A stretch of DNA of 32,000 nucleotides from Nostoc sp. PCC 7120 = FACHB-418 (GCF_000009705.1 NC_003272.1:3390001-3422000); one strand, 5' to 3'; positions 16,501 through 24,098 are shown, counted from the first letter of the stretch. Program-made: numbers and translations. Notes: generated by a model not told the origin, from the sequence alone.

Positions 16501-17322
16501 TTTAGTCCAGACAGTCAAACCCTAGCTAGTGCGAGTACAGATTCCTCAGTCAGATTGTGGAACATTAGCACAGGTCAATGCTTCCAGATTTTACTCGAAC
16601 ATACAGATTGGGTGTATGCTGTTGTGTTTCATCCCCAAGGTAAAATCATCGCCACCGGTAGCGCTGACTGTACAGTCAAGCTATGGAATATTAGCACAGG
16701 TCAATGTCTCAAAACCTTGAGCGAACATAGCGATAAAATCCTGGGAATGGCTTGGAGTCCAGACGGGCAACTTTTAGCTAGTGCTAGTGCTGATCAATCT
16801 GTGAGACTATGGGATTGTTGTACAGGTCGTTGTGTTGGCATATTGCGAGGACATAGTAATCGCGTTTACTCAGCTATCTTTAGCCCCAATGGAGAAATTA
16901 TTGCCACTTGCAGCACCGACCAAACAGTGAAAATATGGGATTGGCAGCAGGGTAAATGCCTCAAAACCTTGACTGGACATACTAACTGGGTATTTGATAT
17001 TGCTTTTAGCCCTGATGGAAAAATCCTGGCCAGCGCATCCCATGACCAAACCGTAAGAATTTGGGATGTTAACACAGGAAAATGTCATCATATCTGCATT
17101 GGGCATACACACTTAGTTTCTTCTGTGGCTTTTAGTCCAGATGGGGAAGTGGTCGCTAGTGGTTCTCAAGACCAAACCGTGAGGATTTGGAATGTAAAAA
17201 CTGGTGAATGTTTGCAGATTTTGCGGGCGAAACGGCTTTATGAGGGAATGAATATTACTGGTGTCACAGGGTTAACAAAAGCTACAATTTTCACATTACA
17301 AGCTCTTGGTGCTTTGAGATAG
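13546..17322 (+). CDS. NLR-like STAND protein: N-terminal HTH-like module, NB-ARC NTPase, pentapeptide repeats, 14 WD40 repeats (1258 aa)
   Basis: The P-loop LLGMGGIGKTTL, Walker B CLIILDNAES, LILTSREKP and GGNPLALK match the NB-ARC motifs of Apaf-1 and plant R proteins. The N-terminus ends in AFKAYCQVLGLNWEEV. Pentapeptide units are VDLSGYDFSGLTVWQAYLQGVNLHDVDFANSDLS. There are 14 x 42-aa WD40 units from about nt 15460 to 17220. An alternative GTG start lies at 13615. Confidence 0.9.
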   Translation: MILQSTSLFCKYINNCRYINREIVATLKASPQGLARIKQARSDRGWSVDDFRWLELASEILGVCWQENGVLAAGISEGTWKRFLAGKQAINAEAFKAYCQVLGLNWEEVQEGGRTKERKDTGTSRQEKFLSSSHPHTDWGEAPDVSIFYGRSEELDTVKRWVTQENCRLITLLGMGGIGKTTLSVKLAQEIINSEKIYLSQSPEYIIWRSLRNAPPVEDILAELIQFLSGQQETNLSNHLQGRISLLLKNLRSSRCLIILDNAESILQAGDRNGRYRAGCEGYGQFLQCIAETSHQSCLILTSREKPQGLAKYEGDSLPVRSLPLTGLQEQEGRELFNVKGKFAASCDQWQVLISRYGGNPLALKIVASSIRDFFDGDVSQFLEVSQQGTFIFDDIRDLLDQQFQRLTTLEREIMYWLAINREPVTLAELQADFVANIPPRELLESLSSLQRRSLIEKSAGGFTQQPVVMEYVSNHLIEQVCEEMREWGLVRSRGAEEQRSRGEKIHTQYKLNAALPLTALSTPLFTTHALIKAQAKDYVRESQISLILQPLINQLITEFGSLENISNCLVHILSRLRGKSPQETGYAGGNVLNLLHHAQVDLSGYDFSGLTVWQAYLQGVNLHDVDFANSDLSCCVFTETLGNILSAAFSPEGQLLATCDTDCHVRVWEVKSGKLLLICRGHSNWVRFVVFSPDGEILASCGADENVKLWSVRDGVCIKTLTGHEHEVFSVAFHPDGETLASASGDKTIKLWDIQDGTCLQTLTGHTDWVRCVAFSPDGNTLASSAADHTIKLWDVSQGKCLRTLKSHTGWVRSVAFSADGQTLASGSGDRTIKIWNYHTGECLKTYIGHTNSVYSIAYSPDSKILVSGSGDRTIKLWDCQTHICIKTLHGHTNEVCSVAFSPDGQTLACVSLDQSVRLWNCRTGQCLKAWYGNTDWALPVAFSPDRQILASGSNDKTVKLWDWQTGKYISSLEGHTDFIYGIAFSPDSQTLASASTDSSVRLWNISTGQCFQILLEHTDWVYAVVFHPQGKIIATGSADCTVKLWNISTGQCLKTLSEHSDKILGMAWSPDGQLLASASADQSVRLWDCCTGRCVGILRGHSNRVYSAIFSPNGEIIATCSTDQTVKIWDWQQGKCLKTLTGHTNWVFDIAFSPDGKILASASHDQTVRIWDVNTGKCHHICIGHTHLVSSVAFSPDGEVVASGSQDQTVRIWNVKTGECLQILRAKRLYEGMNITGVTGLTKATIFTLQALGALR

Positions 17323-17525
17323 TTAAATAGTGCAGCAAGACTTAAATGTTCAAAAATTGTAGGTTTAATTAAGCGCAGCTTAACCCAACCTGGATCAGGG
17401 TGTATTAGGCGCATATTTTGAGATCATTATTCCTGACAAACTTAACTTTTTAAGAAGTCTGATTTCTCAATTTTTCTAGATTGAGGAAAATAATTGCTAA
17501 AGGCGATCGCATCTCGAACGCTCTT

Positions 17526-18413
17526 TTACAATTCGCCAGTTTTCATCAGTGATTTAGTCTTAACTTGCCGATGCCAACCACGTCCTAGCAACAGTAAACC
17601 AGCAAATGCCAGCAAACCAACACTAGCAGCAGGTTCGGGAACCTTTTCTACAGTAATCCGAGCTACCTGATAGCCTGGGGTGAGGAAGTTAGCATTCGCA
17701 AATCTCGGATCATCTAAAATACCGCCACTACCAGCAGGTAAGAAACCACCAAACTCTGAAGCTAGGCGGACTACGCCATTTTCATCAACACCAGTATTAG
17801 GGGTTTGTTGACCAAAGAAAGCTGTATTTTGAGGTAATTCATCATTGACTTCTGTACCACCGTCCAGCACTTGAGAACCCAGTACCAAAAATTCAGTCCC
17901 GATGAATTTACCTACTTCATCGAAAATAGGATGAGCCAGAGGATTACCATTAGCGATGAATAAATCGTTACTGGGAATCACCATTGAAATATAACTAAAA
18001 AAGCGGCCACTATTGCGAACTGCTTGATAATCGAAATCAAATGTAGCAGTCTCACCTGGATCAATTGGCCCTGGAATCCCATTATTTCCAAGAATTGTAG
18101 CTTGAACGTCACCCGCGCCAAAATTGGCGAACCGAGTTGTAATTTCTGCTGTTGCACCATCTTCAACAACACTTTCTGTACCCGGAAAATTAGGGTTTAA
18201 AGGTGCATTGCGATCGTAAGTATCAAAATTGCCATTGTGAAAGCCAACCCACAGAGGAGTCAAGAAAGTACCCCCTTGGGGTGCTAGATTCTCAATCTTG
18301 ACTCTCAGAGTAGCTGCTGTTGCCGATGTTGCCAACATCAATGTTGAACTCATGGCTAAGATGGTGCTGGTAAGTACTCTATTTTTCCAGCAGTTTTTCG
18401 TCTGATTTTTCAT
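17526..18413 (-). CDS. Spondin_N-like secreted protein with C-terminal PEP-CTERM sorting signal (295 aa)
   Basis: A signal peptide is present (LMLATSATAATL). The motif GGTFLTPLWVGFHNGNFD is spondin-N-like. The C-terminus VPEPAASVGLLAFAGLLLLGRGWHRQ gives a PEP motif, a TM helix and a basic tail. Confidence 0.8.
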   Translation of the reverse strand: MKNQTKNCWKNRVLTSTILAMSSTLMLATSATAATLRVKIENLAPQGGTFLTPLWVGFHNGNFDTYDRNAPLNPNFPGTESVVEDGATAEITTRFANFGAGDVQATILGNNGIPGPIDPGETATFDFDYQAVRNSGRFFSYISMVIPSNDLFIANGNPLAHPIFDEVGKFIGTEFLVLGSQVLDGGTEVNDELPQNTAFFGQQTPNTGVDENGVVRLASEFGGFLPAGSGGILDDPRFANANFLTPGYQVARITVEKVPEPAASVGLLAFAGLLLLGRGWHRQVKTKSLMKTGEL

Positions 18414-18479
18414 GATTAGGCTCTCAATAATTGTGAGTCTTCATTTTTATATCGCCTAATCAATCAGCAGTCGATTGAT

Positions 18480-18520
18480 AAAAGTTATGTAGTTTCTGAA
18501 TTACCGCTATCTTAACTTTT
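18480..18520. repeat. Palindromic hairpin AAAAGTTATG-N21-CTTAACTTTT (CTTAACTTTT family, 9 of 10 bp paired)
   Basis: Read directly. It is intergenic, upstream of the spondin-like gene. Confidence 0.4.
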
Positions 18521-18672
18521 CTGTATAACGGAGCAGTTAATGACATGAGTGTTCAATTGTTGTGAATCTCCCAGTTTCTAGCCTGGTAGAGGCTCAATAT
18601 ACTATTTCCTACTTTAATTTATCTAGTTTGTTTTATCTGCCATAGGACTCATACTTGATTTTTGAAATATAC

Positions 18673-18772
18673 GTAGGGGAGCCACTGCGTTGGACGGGTT
18701 TCCCGGCTTGGAGCAAGTGGCGTTGGGCATTGCCCACCAAAACCATGAGCCGGTGGGCAATGCCCACCCTAC
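18673..18772. repeat. GC-rich multi-hairpin palindromic element (MITE-like or structured RNA) bounded by GTAGGG...CCCTAC
   Basis: There is a 14-bp perfect stem, GGGCATTGCCCACC (18725-18738) pairing with GGTGGGCAATGCCC (18752-18765). A second stem is GCCACT/AGTGGC, and the outer arms are GTAGGG/CCCTAC. Its GC content is far above the surrounding AT-rich spacer. Confidence 0.65.
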
Positions 18773-18896
18773 AGATACTGAGAATTTTATGTGTAAGCGC
18801 AGGCTACGCCAACAGAAATCAAATCGGATTCCTATATATGTAGCTTCATATTAAATTTGTATTAGTATTTCTATAAGCCTAAAAACCAATTACTTT

Positions 18897-19337
18897 ATGA
18901 ATAAGCTGCCGAAAATAGACCGTCAGCGAGAGCATCAAGCGAATGAACGTACTTTTTTAGCATGGTTACGCACTTCTATCGCTTTAATTAGTTTTGGGTT
19001 TGCTATTGCTAGATTTGGGTTATTTTTGCGTCAGCTTGATACAGCAATTACACAAAGAGAAACATCTGTCAATCCTCTATTCAACTCAGAGAATTTAGGG
19101 ATTACTTTAGTGCTTGTGGGAATTTTGGCGATCGCTCTAGCTGCATGGCGTTACAATCAGGTATTCTGGCAAATAGAGCGAGGCGACTATCGACCCAATC
19201 GATTAGCAATATGGGTCATGACTGGAGTCGTGATGATTTTGGGATTTTTAAGTATTCCTTTACTCTTGTTACGGGAGCAATCCATACCGCGACCATCTTC
19301 TATTTTCAAGCAGCCTCAATCCCAAAAATTGCGTTAA
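18897..19337 (+). CDS. DUF202 (YidH-like) membrane protein, 146 aa
   Basis: It carries the signature ANERTFLAWLRTSIALISFGF and three hydrophobic helices. Confidence 0.8.
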   Translation: MNKLPKIDRQREHQANERTFLAWLRTSIALISFGFAIARFGLFLRQLDTAITQRETSVNPLFNSENLGITLVLVGILAIALAAWRYNQVFWQIERGDYRPNRLAIWVMTGVVMILGFLSIPLLLLREQSIPRPSSIFKQPQSQKLR

Positions 19338-19649
19338 CAATTCCCGCACCTCTACCCCACAACCATAGAAAAATCATCTCCAAAGCCCATCATTATAATT
19401 AATTGATCAATAGAGTACATTCCTAATGGATTGTATATATACGAAGTATTGCGGATGAGATACTAATCTATGGAGTATTTGCAGAAAGTCGAATCAGCCC
19501 TTAGCCGCAAATCAATATTCATTTTTATAAAAGCAACAAATGACATCCGAATTGAGAATTTTTAATCAGTATTAATTTTTTGGCTTTGGCTACTTCTCAT
19601 TCTTCTGTCTCCCCATTCGCAGTTTAGAGACTAGGACAAAAATCAGATT

Positions 19650-22600
19650 ATGAGCCAAACCTTCGCAACTATTGACGGGAATGAGGCTGTCGCCCGTGTT
19701 GCCTATAAATTAAATGAAGTAATTGCTATCTATCCCATCACCCCCTCTTCAGCAATGGGTGAATGGGCTGATGCTTGGATGGCGGAAGGTCGTCCCAACC
19801 TCTGGGGGACAGTTCCCAGTGTGGTACAGATGCAGAGTGAAGGCGGGGCGGCTGGTGCGGTGCATGGGGCTTTGCAAACGGGTTCCTTAAGTACGACTTT
19901 CACAGCATCTCAAGGGCTATTGTTGATGATTCCCAATCTCTACAAAATTGGGGGTGAACTGACTAGTATGGTGGTTCACGTGGCGGCGCGGTCTTTGGCT
20001 ACCCACGCCCTATCAATTTTTGGTGACCATAGTGATGTGATGGCGGCGCGTGGTACTGGGTTTGCTATGCTGTGTTCGGCTTCGGTGCAGGAGAGTCACG
20101 ATTTTGCTTTAATTGCCCATGCGGCAACTTTAGATACACGGGTTTCCTTTTTGCACTTCTTCGATGGCTTCCGTACTTCCCATGAGGTACAGAAAGTAGA
20201 GCTTTTAGCAGATGATGATGTGCGATCGCTCATTAATGAAGATAAAATATTTGCACACCGCGCCCGCGCCCTCACCCCAGATAGTCCTTTGTTGCGGGGG
20301 ACAGCCCAAAATCCTGATGTCTTCTTCCAAGCCCGTGAAGGTGCAAACCCTTACTACAACGCTTGTCCCGCAATTGTCCAAGGGATTATGGATAAATTTG
20401 GCGAACGGACGGGGAGATATTATCAAATATATGAATACCACGGCGCGAGTGATGCCGATCGCCTAATTATCATCATGGGTTCTGGTTGTGAAACAGTCCA
20501 TGAAACAGTGGATTATCTCAACGCCCGTGGTGAAAAAGTAGGCGTTCTCAAAGTCCGACTATTTCGCCCCTGGGATGTAGAGAGATTTGTCCAGGCTTTA
20601 CCTCATAGTGTACAGGCGATCGCTGTCCTCGACCGCACTAAGGAACCAGGAAGCGCGGGGGAGCCTTTGTATCAAGATGTAGTTACAGCGATTCATGAAG
20701 GATGGGTAAATAAAAATAATTCCCCAGTCCCCAGTCCCCAGTCCCCAGTCCCCAAAATTATTGGTGGAAGGTATGGGTTGTCGTCGAAGGAATTTACACC
20801 GGCGATGGTGAAGGCTGTGTTTGATAATTTGGCTCAAGCTACGCCGAAGAATCACTTTACTATCGGGATTAATGATGATGTAACGCATACATCCCTAGAA
20901 TATGACCCTAGCTTTTCCACGGAACCGGATAACGTTGTCCGGGCGATGTTCTATGGTTTGGGTTCCGATGGGACAGTGGGGGCGAATAAGAACTCAATTA
21001 AGATTATTGGGGAAGGAACAGACAATTACGCCCAAGGTTATTTTGTTTACGACTCCAAAAAATCTGGCTCGATGACGGTTTCTCACTTGCGCTTCGGTTC
21101 TCAACCCATACGTTCTACTTACTTGATTGACCAAGCCAATTTTATTGGTTGTCATCACTGGGGATTTTTGGAACGTATCGAAGTTTTAAATGCGGCTGCT
21201 CATGGGGCGACTATTTTGTTAAATAGTCCATACAATGCGGCTACTGTTTGGGAAAATTTACCCCTGAAAGTCCGGCTGCAAATTCTCGATAAGCAACTCA
21301 AACTCTACGTCATCAACGCCAATCAAGTCGCCCGTGATAGTGGGATGGGTGGACGCATTAACACCATTATGCAGGTGTGCTTTTTTGCTTTGGCGGGGGT
21401 ATTGCCAGAAGTGCAAGCGATCGCCAAAATAAAACAAGCGATAGAAAAGACCTATGGTAAGAAAGGGGTAGAAGTTGTCCGCATGAACTTGCAAGCGGTA
21501 GACCAGACCCTCGAAAATTTACATGAAGTGAAGATTCCCATTGAGGAAAAAGGGAAATGGATAGATGAGGAAGCACTCCTATCTAACCAAAGTCCCTTCT
21601 CCACCAGCGCCCCCAAGTTTGTGCGGGACGTTCTGGGAAAAATCATGGTGTGGCAAGGTGATGACTTACCTGTAAGTACACTACCACCAGATGGGACATT
21701 TCCCACAGGTACAGCTAAATGGGAGAAGCGCAACGTTGCTCAAGAAATACCTGTGTGGGATACAGATATCTGCGTACAGTGTAGTAAGTGTGTGATGGTT
21801 TGTCCCCATGCGGCAATTCGCGCTAAGGTTTATCAGCCAAGTGAGTTAGAGAATGCACCACCTACTTTTAAGTCAGTGGATGCTAAAGACAGAGACTTTG
21901 CTAACCAAAAATTCACTATCCAAGTCGCTCCAGAAGATTGTACAGGCTGCGCTATTTGTGTGAATGTCTGCCCAGCCAAAAATAAATCCGAGCCATCACT
22001 CAAAGCCATTAACATGGCAAATCAGCTACCTTTACGGGAACAGGAAAGAGACAATTGGGATTTCTTCTTGAATTTACCCAATCCTGACCGACGAAACTTA
22101 AAACTTAACCAGATTCGCCAACAACAACTGCAAGAACCTCTATTTGAATTTTCCGGTGCTTGTGCTGGTTGTGGTGAGACACCTTATGTAAAACTATTAA
22201 CACAATTATTTGGCGATCGCTCGGTTATTGCCAACGCCACTGGTTGTTCTTCCATTTACGGCGGAAATCTCCCCACCACCCCCTGGACGAAAAACAACGA
22301 TGGACGAGGCCCGGCTTGGTCTAATAGTTTATTTGAAGATAACGCCGAGTTTGGTTTTGGTTATCGTCTGTCGTTAGATAAGCAAGCAGAATTTGCGGCG
22401 GAATTACTGCAACAGTTCAGCACGGAAGTGGGGGATAACCTTGTAGATTCGATTCTTAAAGCACCACAGAAAACTGAGGCTGACATTTGGGAACAACGCC
22501 AAAGGATTGAGTTGTTAAAGCAACAGTTAGATAAAATTCCCACCTTTGACCCCAATCTCAAATCCAAAATCCAAAATCTCAAATCTCTCGCTGATTACCT

Positions 22601-23249
22601 AGTGAAAAAAAGTGTCTGGATTATTGGCGGTGATGGTTGGGCTTATGATATTGACTTTGGCGGTATCGACCATGTGATAGCCAGTGGTCGCAACGTGAAT
22701 ATTTTGGTCATGGATACAGAAGTGTATTCTAACACCGGCGGTCAATCTTCCAAAGCCACCCCCAAGGCAGCCGTCGCTAAATTCGCCGCCAGTGGTAAGC
22801 CTGCACAAAAGAAAGATATGGGTTTAATGGCGATGAATTACGGTAACGTATATGTGGCAAGTGTAGCGTTAGGTGCAAAAGATGACCAGACACTCAAGGC
22901 ATTTTTGGAAGCAGAAGCCTTTGACGGCCCATCTATAATTATTGCCTACAGCCATTGCATCGCCCACGGCATCAACATGACCACAGGCATGAACCAACAA
23001 AAAGCCCTGGTAGAATCAGGACGCTGGTTATTGTATCGTTATAATCCACTGTTGCAAGAACAGGGCAAAAATCCCTTACAGTTAGATATGCGATCGCCTA
23101 CTCAATCAGTAGAGCAATCAATGTATCAAGAAAATCGCTTCAAGATGTTGACGAAAAGTAAACCAGAAGTAGCTAAACAACTGCTAGAACAAGCACAAGC
23201 TGAAGTTGATGCACGTTGGCAGATGTATCAATATTTGGCAAGTAGGTAA
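19650..23249 (+). CDS. nifJ: Pyruvate:ferredoxin (flavodoxin) oxidoreductase
   Basis: It is 1199 aa, which is full PFOR length. It begins MSQTFATIDGNEAVARVAY. Two 4Fe-4S ferredoxin motifs are present (CVQCSKCVMVCPH and CTGCAICVNVCP). The TPP-binding region is GGDGWAYDIGFGG-like (GGDGWAYDIDFGGIDH). Confidence 0.97.
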   Translation: MSQTFATIDGNEAVARVAYKLNEVIAIYPITPSSAMGEWADAWMAEGRPNLWGTVPSVVQMQSEGGAAGAVHGALQTGSLSTTFTASQGLLLMIPNLYKIGGELTSMVVHVAARSLATHALSIFGDHSDVMAARGTGFAMLCSASVQESHDFALIAHAATLDTRVSFLHFFDGFRTSHEVQKVELLADDDVRSLINEDKIFAHRARALTPDSPLLRGTAQNPDVFFQAREGANPYYNACPAIVQGIMDKFGERTGRYYQIYEYHGASDADRLIIIMGSGCETVHETVDYLNARGEKVGVLKVRLFRPWDVERFVQALPHSVQAIAVLDRTKEPGSAGEPLYQDVVTAIHEGWVNKNNSPVPSPQSPVPKIIGGRYGLSSKEFTPAMVKAVFDNLAQATPKNHFTIGINDDVTHTSLEYDPSFSTEPDNVVRAMFYGLGSDGTVGANKNSIKIIGEGTDNYAQGYFVYDSKKSGSMTVSHLRFGSQPIRSTYLIDQANFIGCHHWGFLERIEVLNAAAHGATILLNSPYNAATVWENLPLKVRLQILDKQLKLYVINANQVARDSGMGGRINTIMQVCFFALAGVLPEVQAIAKIKQAIEKTYGKKGVEVVRMNLQAVDQTLENLHEVKIPIEEKGKWIDEEALLSNQSPFSTSAPKFVRDVLGKIMVWQGDDLPVSTLPPDGTFPTGTAKWEKRNVAQEIPVWDTDICVQCSKCVMVCPHAAIRAKVYQPSELENAPPTFKSVDAKDRDFANQKFTIQVAPEDCTGCAICVNVCPAKNKSEPSLKAINMANQLPLREQERDNWDFFLNLPNPDRRNLKLNQIRQQQLQEPLFEFSGACAGCGETPYVKLLTQLFGDRSVIANATGCSSIYGGNLPTTPWTKNNDGRGPAWSNSLFEDNAEFGFGYRLSLDKQAEFAAELLQQFSTEVGDNLVDSILKAPQKTEADIWEQRQRIELLKQQLDKIPTFDPNLKSKIQNLKSLADYLVKKSVWIIGGDGWAYDIDFGGIDHVIASGRNVNILVMDTEVYSNTGGQSSKATPKAAVAKFAASGKPAQKKDMGLMAMNYGNVYVASVALGAKDDQTLKAFLEAEAFDGPSIIIAYSHCIAHGINMTTGMNQQKALVESGRWLLYRYNPLLQEQGKNPLQLDMRSPTQSVEQSMYQENRFKMLTKSKPEVAKQLLEQAQAEVDARWQMYQYLASR
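20722..20754 (+). repeat. STRR1-type heptamer CCCCAGT x4.7, inside the nifJ coding sequence
   Basis: Copies read directly at 20722, 20729, 20736 and 20743, plus a partial CCCCA. They are translated in frame as SPVPSPQSPVPK. Confidence 0.9.
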
Positions 23250-23293
23250 TGGGTAATGGGTAATAGGTAATAGGTACAAATCTATTACCTATT
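23244..23293. repeat. Heptamer repeat (A/G)GGTAAT x5 overlapping the nifJ stop, forming a hairpin with ATTACCTATT at the PIN gene stop; candidate bidirectional terminator
   Basis: Heptamers run from 23244 to 23278. AATAGGTAAT (23262-23271) pairs with ATTACCTATT (23284-23293). The element sits between convergent genes. Confidence 0.6.
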
Positions 23294-23780
23294 ATTGTTC
23301 ATCAACAATCGATAAAATACGATTATAGAGAGAACGACTAACCCAAAATTTTGCTATATTGATTAAATCATCCAAAACGGGTTTAACTGATAAAATTAAA
23401 CCCCGACTTTTTGCTTCTATCAAAATCCCTAAAATACCTGTAATTTTCAAATTATATTCAATTGCTATTTGTCTGCCCAACTGTTCATCTATAATTAACC
23501 AATCAGCCTTTAATTCTAATGCTAAAGCGATAGCAGAAGATTCACCTTCATCTAATTTATTTCTTAACGACACCACTAAATCATCGTTGGTGATTGGGTT
23601 AACTTGAATCCAATGCAATGTTTTAACTTCTTTAGCTCCGGGTATAGAATCTCCCCACTGAGTTAATTCATGAAAAACTGCTGATGGTATGATAATGCCG
23701 CCATAAAGTTGTTTTAGTAAATGAATTTTGCCTATAGCAGCTAGATTAGTAATAGGTGAAGTGTTGCTAACGATAGGCAT
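23292..23780 (-). CDS. DUF3368-type PIN-like nuclease (toxin candidate), 162 aa
   Basis: The N-terminus is PIVSNTSPITNLAAIGKIHLLKQLYGGIIIPSAVFHEL, typical of the COG2405/DUF3368 family. It starts 5 nt after the UPF0175 gene. Confidence 0.8.
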   Translation of the reverse strand: MPIVSNTSPITNLAAIGKIHLLKQLYGGIIIPSAVFHELTQWGDSIPGAKEVKTLHWIQVNPITNDDLVVSLRNKLDEGESSAIALALELKADWLIIDEQLGRQIAIEYNLKITGILGILIEAKSRGLILSVKPVLDDLINIAKFWVSRSLYNRILSIVDEQ

Positions 23781-23785
23781 AATTA

Positions 23786-24022
23786 TTAAAGAATACCCAA
23801 ATTTTGTAAATCAATTTCTAAGTCACTTTCATCATAATGAAGAGGAATATTTCTCTTTGCCAATTCATGTTGAAATTGCAATAAAGGCACTTGAGCCAAC
23901 TGGGAAGCTTTACCAAGACTAATGTTCTTTTTTTGAAATAATAGGATAATCAGTTCGAGAATTAATTCCTTTTCTGATAATCCACTTGCTTGGACAATCT
24001 CATCAGAAATGACTAAACTCAT
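23786..24022 (-). CDS. UPF0175-family antitoxin candidate, 78 aa
   Basis: The sequence ISLGKASQLAQVPLLQFQHELAKRNIPLHYDESDLEIDLQNL matches the UPF0175 pattern. It lies immediately upstream of the PIN-like gene. Confidence 0.8.
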   Translation of the reverse strand: MSLVISDEIVQASGLSEKELILELIILLFQKKNISLGKASQLAQVPLLQFQHELAKRNIPLHYDESDLEIDLQNLGIL

Positions 24023-24098
24023 CTTTGTTCACCAAGGTATCCAGATTATTTTAATTATAAAGGCTAGATAATTTAATTAATCCTTATCAATAATTACC

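Noticed and set aside
13546-17322. Diversity-generating retroelement (template/variable repeat) behind the WD40 repeat similarity
   Set aside because: There is no reverse transcriptase ORF anywhere in the window. The repeat similarity is ordinary tandem WD40 periodicity (126 bp) without an adenine-specific mismatch pattern that I can see.
18655-18843. 62-codon ORF in the spondin/DUF202 spacer
   Set aside because: It is composed almost entirely of the GC-rich palindromic element (18673-18772), so this is a repeat-derived ORF.
19338-19649. NtcA-type GTA-N8-TAC site upstream of nifJ
   Set aside because: I looked for it around GTACATTCCTAATGG and TGTATATATACG. The spacing or the second half-site does not fit the consensus.
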